DNA of 64,000 bases from Nemertoderma westbladi. Taxonomy: Eukaryota; Animalia; Xenacoelomorpha. The translations under genes were made by a program, and so were the position numbers. Shown here in pieces: positions 62,501 through 64,000 of this stretch (position 1 is the first letter of the stretch; every line of letters begins with the position of its first letter). The DNA lies in assembly GCA_032718475.1 (NCBI GenBank), contig JAUCBJ010007635.1, forward strand, positions 119,926 to 183,925, given 5' to 3'. The notes under the pieces were generated by a model. The model did no database searches. It was given only the letters and a program-made list of their open reading frames with translations, and had not been told where the DNA came from.

Positions 62501-63395
62501 TATTGGTCATGAACCTATAATAATAATTATATATATAATTTGACCCTTAAGACAACAACTTAGAGAACAACACGGCCTTGTATAATAAGCTCACACCACA
62601 TGCCACAAGCAATATATACGTAATTTACTCAGATGGATTAGTAATGACTTTTTGTTATATCATCGGCTGTCCTTTTATTATTAAATGAGGTTTTATCTGG
62701 GATAGCCGCAATGCATATTGGCACGTTCTACAGTAGCTGGGCTTCTAGCAAAAGCCACCCTTTGTTAGGCGAATTCTACAACTCACTGATCACACTCACT
62801 TATCATAAGGTCATTTATATTAATTTTGGTAATTTTTCTTTACTACTTGCTGGACTGTTTAAATAGTCTAATTGGCACAATATGACTAATTAATTAATTT
62901 CAGTCAGTATTTTAGATTTTATTAAAGTCATTGATTAAACATTTTCGATTTTAACATAAATTTATTACACATTTTTAAGCACCCACCAGTTATACTTCTA
63001 CAGTAACTATGCACATCAATGTATACGTAACGTCATATATAACTAACTACTGTATAAACTGGGCATTATTGAAAACAGCCTATCCACATCCAATCATAAC
63101 CCTCTTCACCGAGCCTTCTTAGACTTTCTTCAAGTATTCATTTTTAACATATATAAAAATTGAAACATTTCAATCCTTCTGTCAGTTTTTTGTACGCTCA
63201 CCTATACATAAACCAAACTTATGGGGTCAAATTCTATGGCGCACCATAGTACTCTAGGAGTAGGCCTTGCAATCAGCATATCAAACAGCAGTTGGCGATA
63301 AACACTGTACGGTACCGCTAACGGTACGTTGTATTAAACAACGCCTCATCGGGAAGTCAGAGAGAAATATTTCAATTTTTGAACAAAATTATACA

Positions 63396-63481
63396 CACTG
63401 ATAAAATTACTTTATAGGAAAACAGTAGGTCTACTCGTTTACTTTACTGTTTTCCTATAAAGTGCTACTTTTATCAACGTG
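63396..63481. mobile_element. 86-bp palindromic MITE with CACTG-type end
   Basis: Perfect 19-bp inverted repeat at 63409-63427 / 63445-63463, inside CACTGATAAAA ... TTTTATCAACGTG. Confidence 0.6.
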
Positions 63482-64000
63482 ATATAAATAGTCATTAACA
63501 TAAAATTTTATTTATTCTTTAGTGCTTAATTTTAAGACCAAGCGATTGGTAATTAAAGTCTCCATCATCATCATTTTTGAAAAACAATGTTTGATTTTTC
63601 CTTCTATATTTGCATAAAATTAGGTTCTAAACTTTAAAAGGATTATTTAAATTAAATGCCTTCAGAAATGAGGGAATTGAAAATGCTTCCTCATTTAACT
63701 GCGCGCAATAAAACGAGGTTAGTAAAAATATGTTAACATTATTATTATTCATTTAACACTATGACCCGTAATTCCGTAATATAGTGTCATTTTCTGGTGA
63801 TACGTAAAGCCCCCCCCCCCCCCTCCGCATTTTTCTTGAAATCTTTAGCGTATTGCTTGACATTTGAAAGAAAACTTGTTCGACAGACCGTTGAGGTTAA
63901 GATGGAGGCAGAATAGAGAATATTTTTTCAGATTATTAAATTACGTCACACCCTTTTTTTTTACAATTTAGAACCCCCCCCCCCCCCTCCCCTCCCCCTT

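Noticed and set aside
62640-63330. Further exons of the OB-like family (e.g. KKAR..DVDRLF)
   Set aside because: Too many stops and too weak a similarity to support by eye.

Overview
Repeat-dense, AT-rich eukaryotic DNA, probably from an invertebrate, with no intact host gene. From left to right: (1) a 5'-open intronless ORF of >1300 aa with a DEDDy-like 3'-5' exonuclease and three Zn knuckles, ending at a PPT/LTR-like terminus; (2) a mosaic of piggyBac, LINE, SINE and MITE remnants that includes three decayed SGNH-hydrolase copies; (3) several decayed copies of an unknown spliced minus-strand gene with an OB-fold-like N-terminus; (4) a ~20 kb array of a 35-bp satellite with higher-order structure; (5) an intact Gypsy element with identical LTRs inserted at the array edge; (6) 33-bp and 34-bp tandem arrays; (7) a young non-autonomous Bel/Pao element with gag and protease only. 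The Bel/Pao element lacks a tRNA PBS. Instead its leader pairs with its own LTR exactly up to the LTR boundary, which suggests self-priming. All protein assignments come from motif recognition by eye; no database searches were run.
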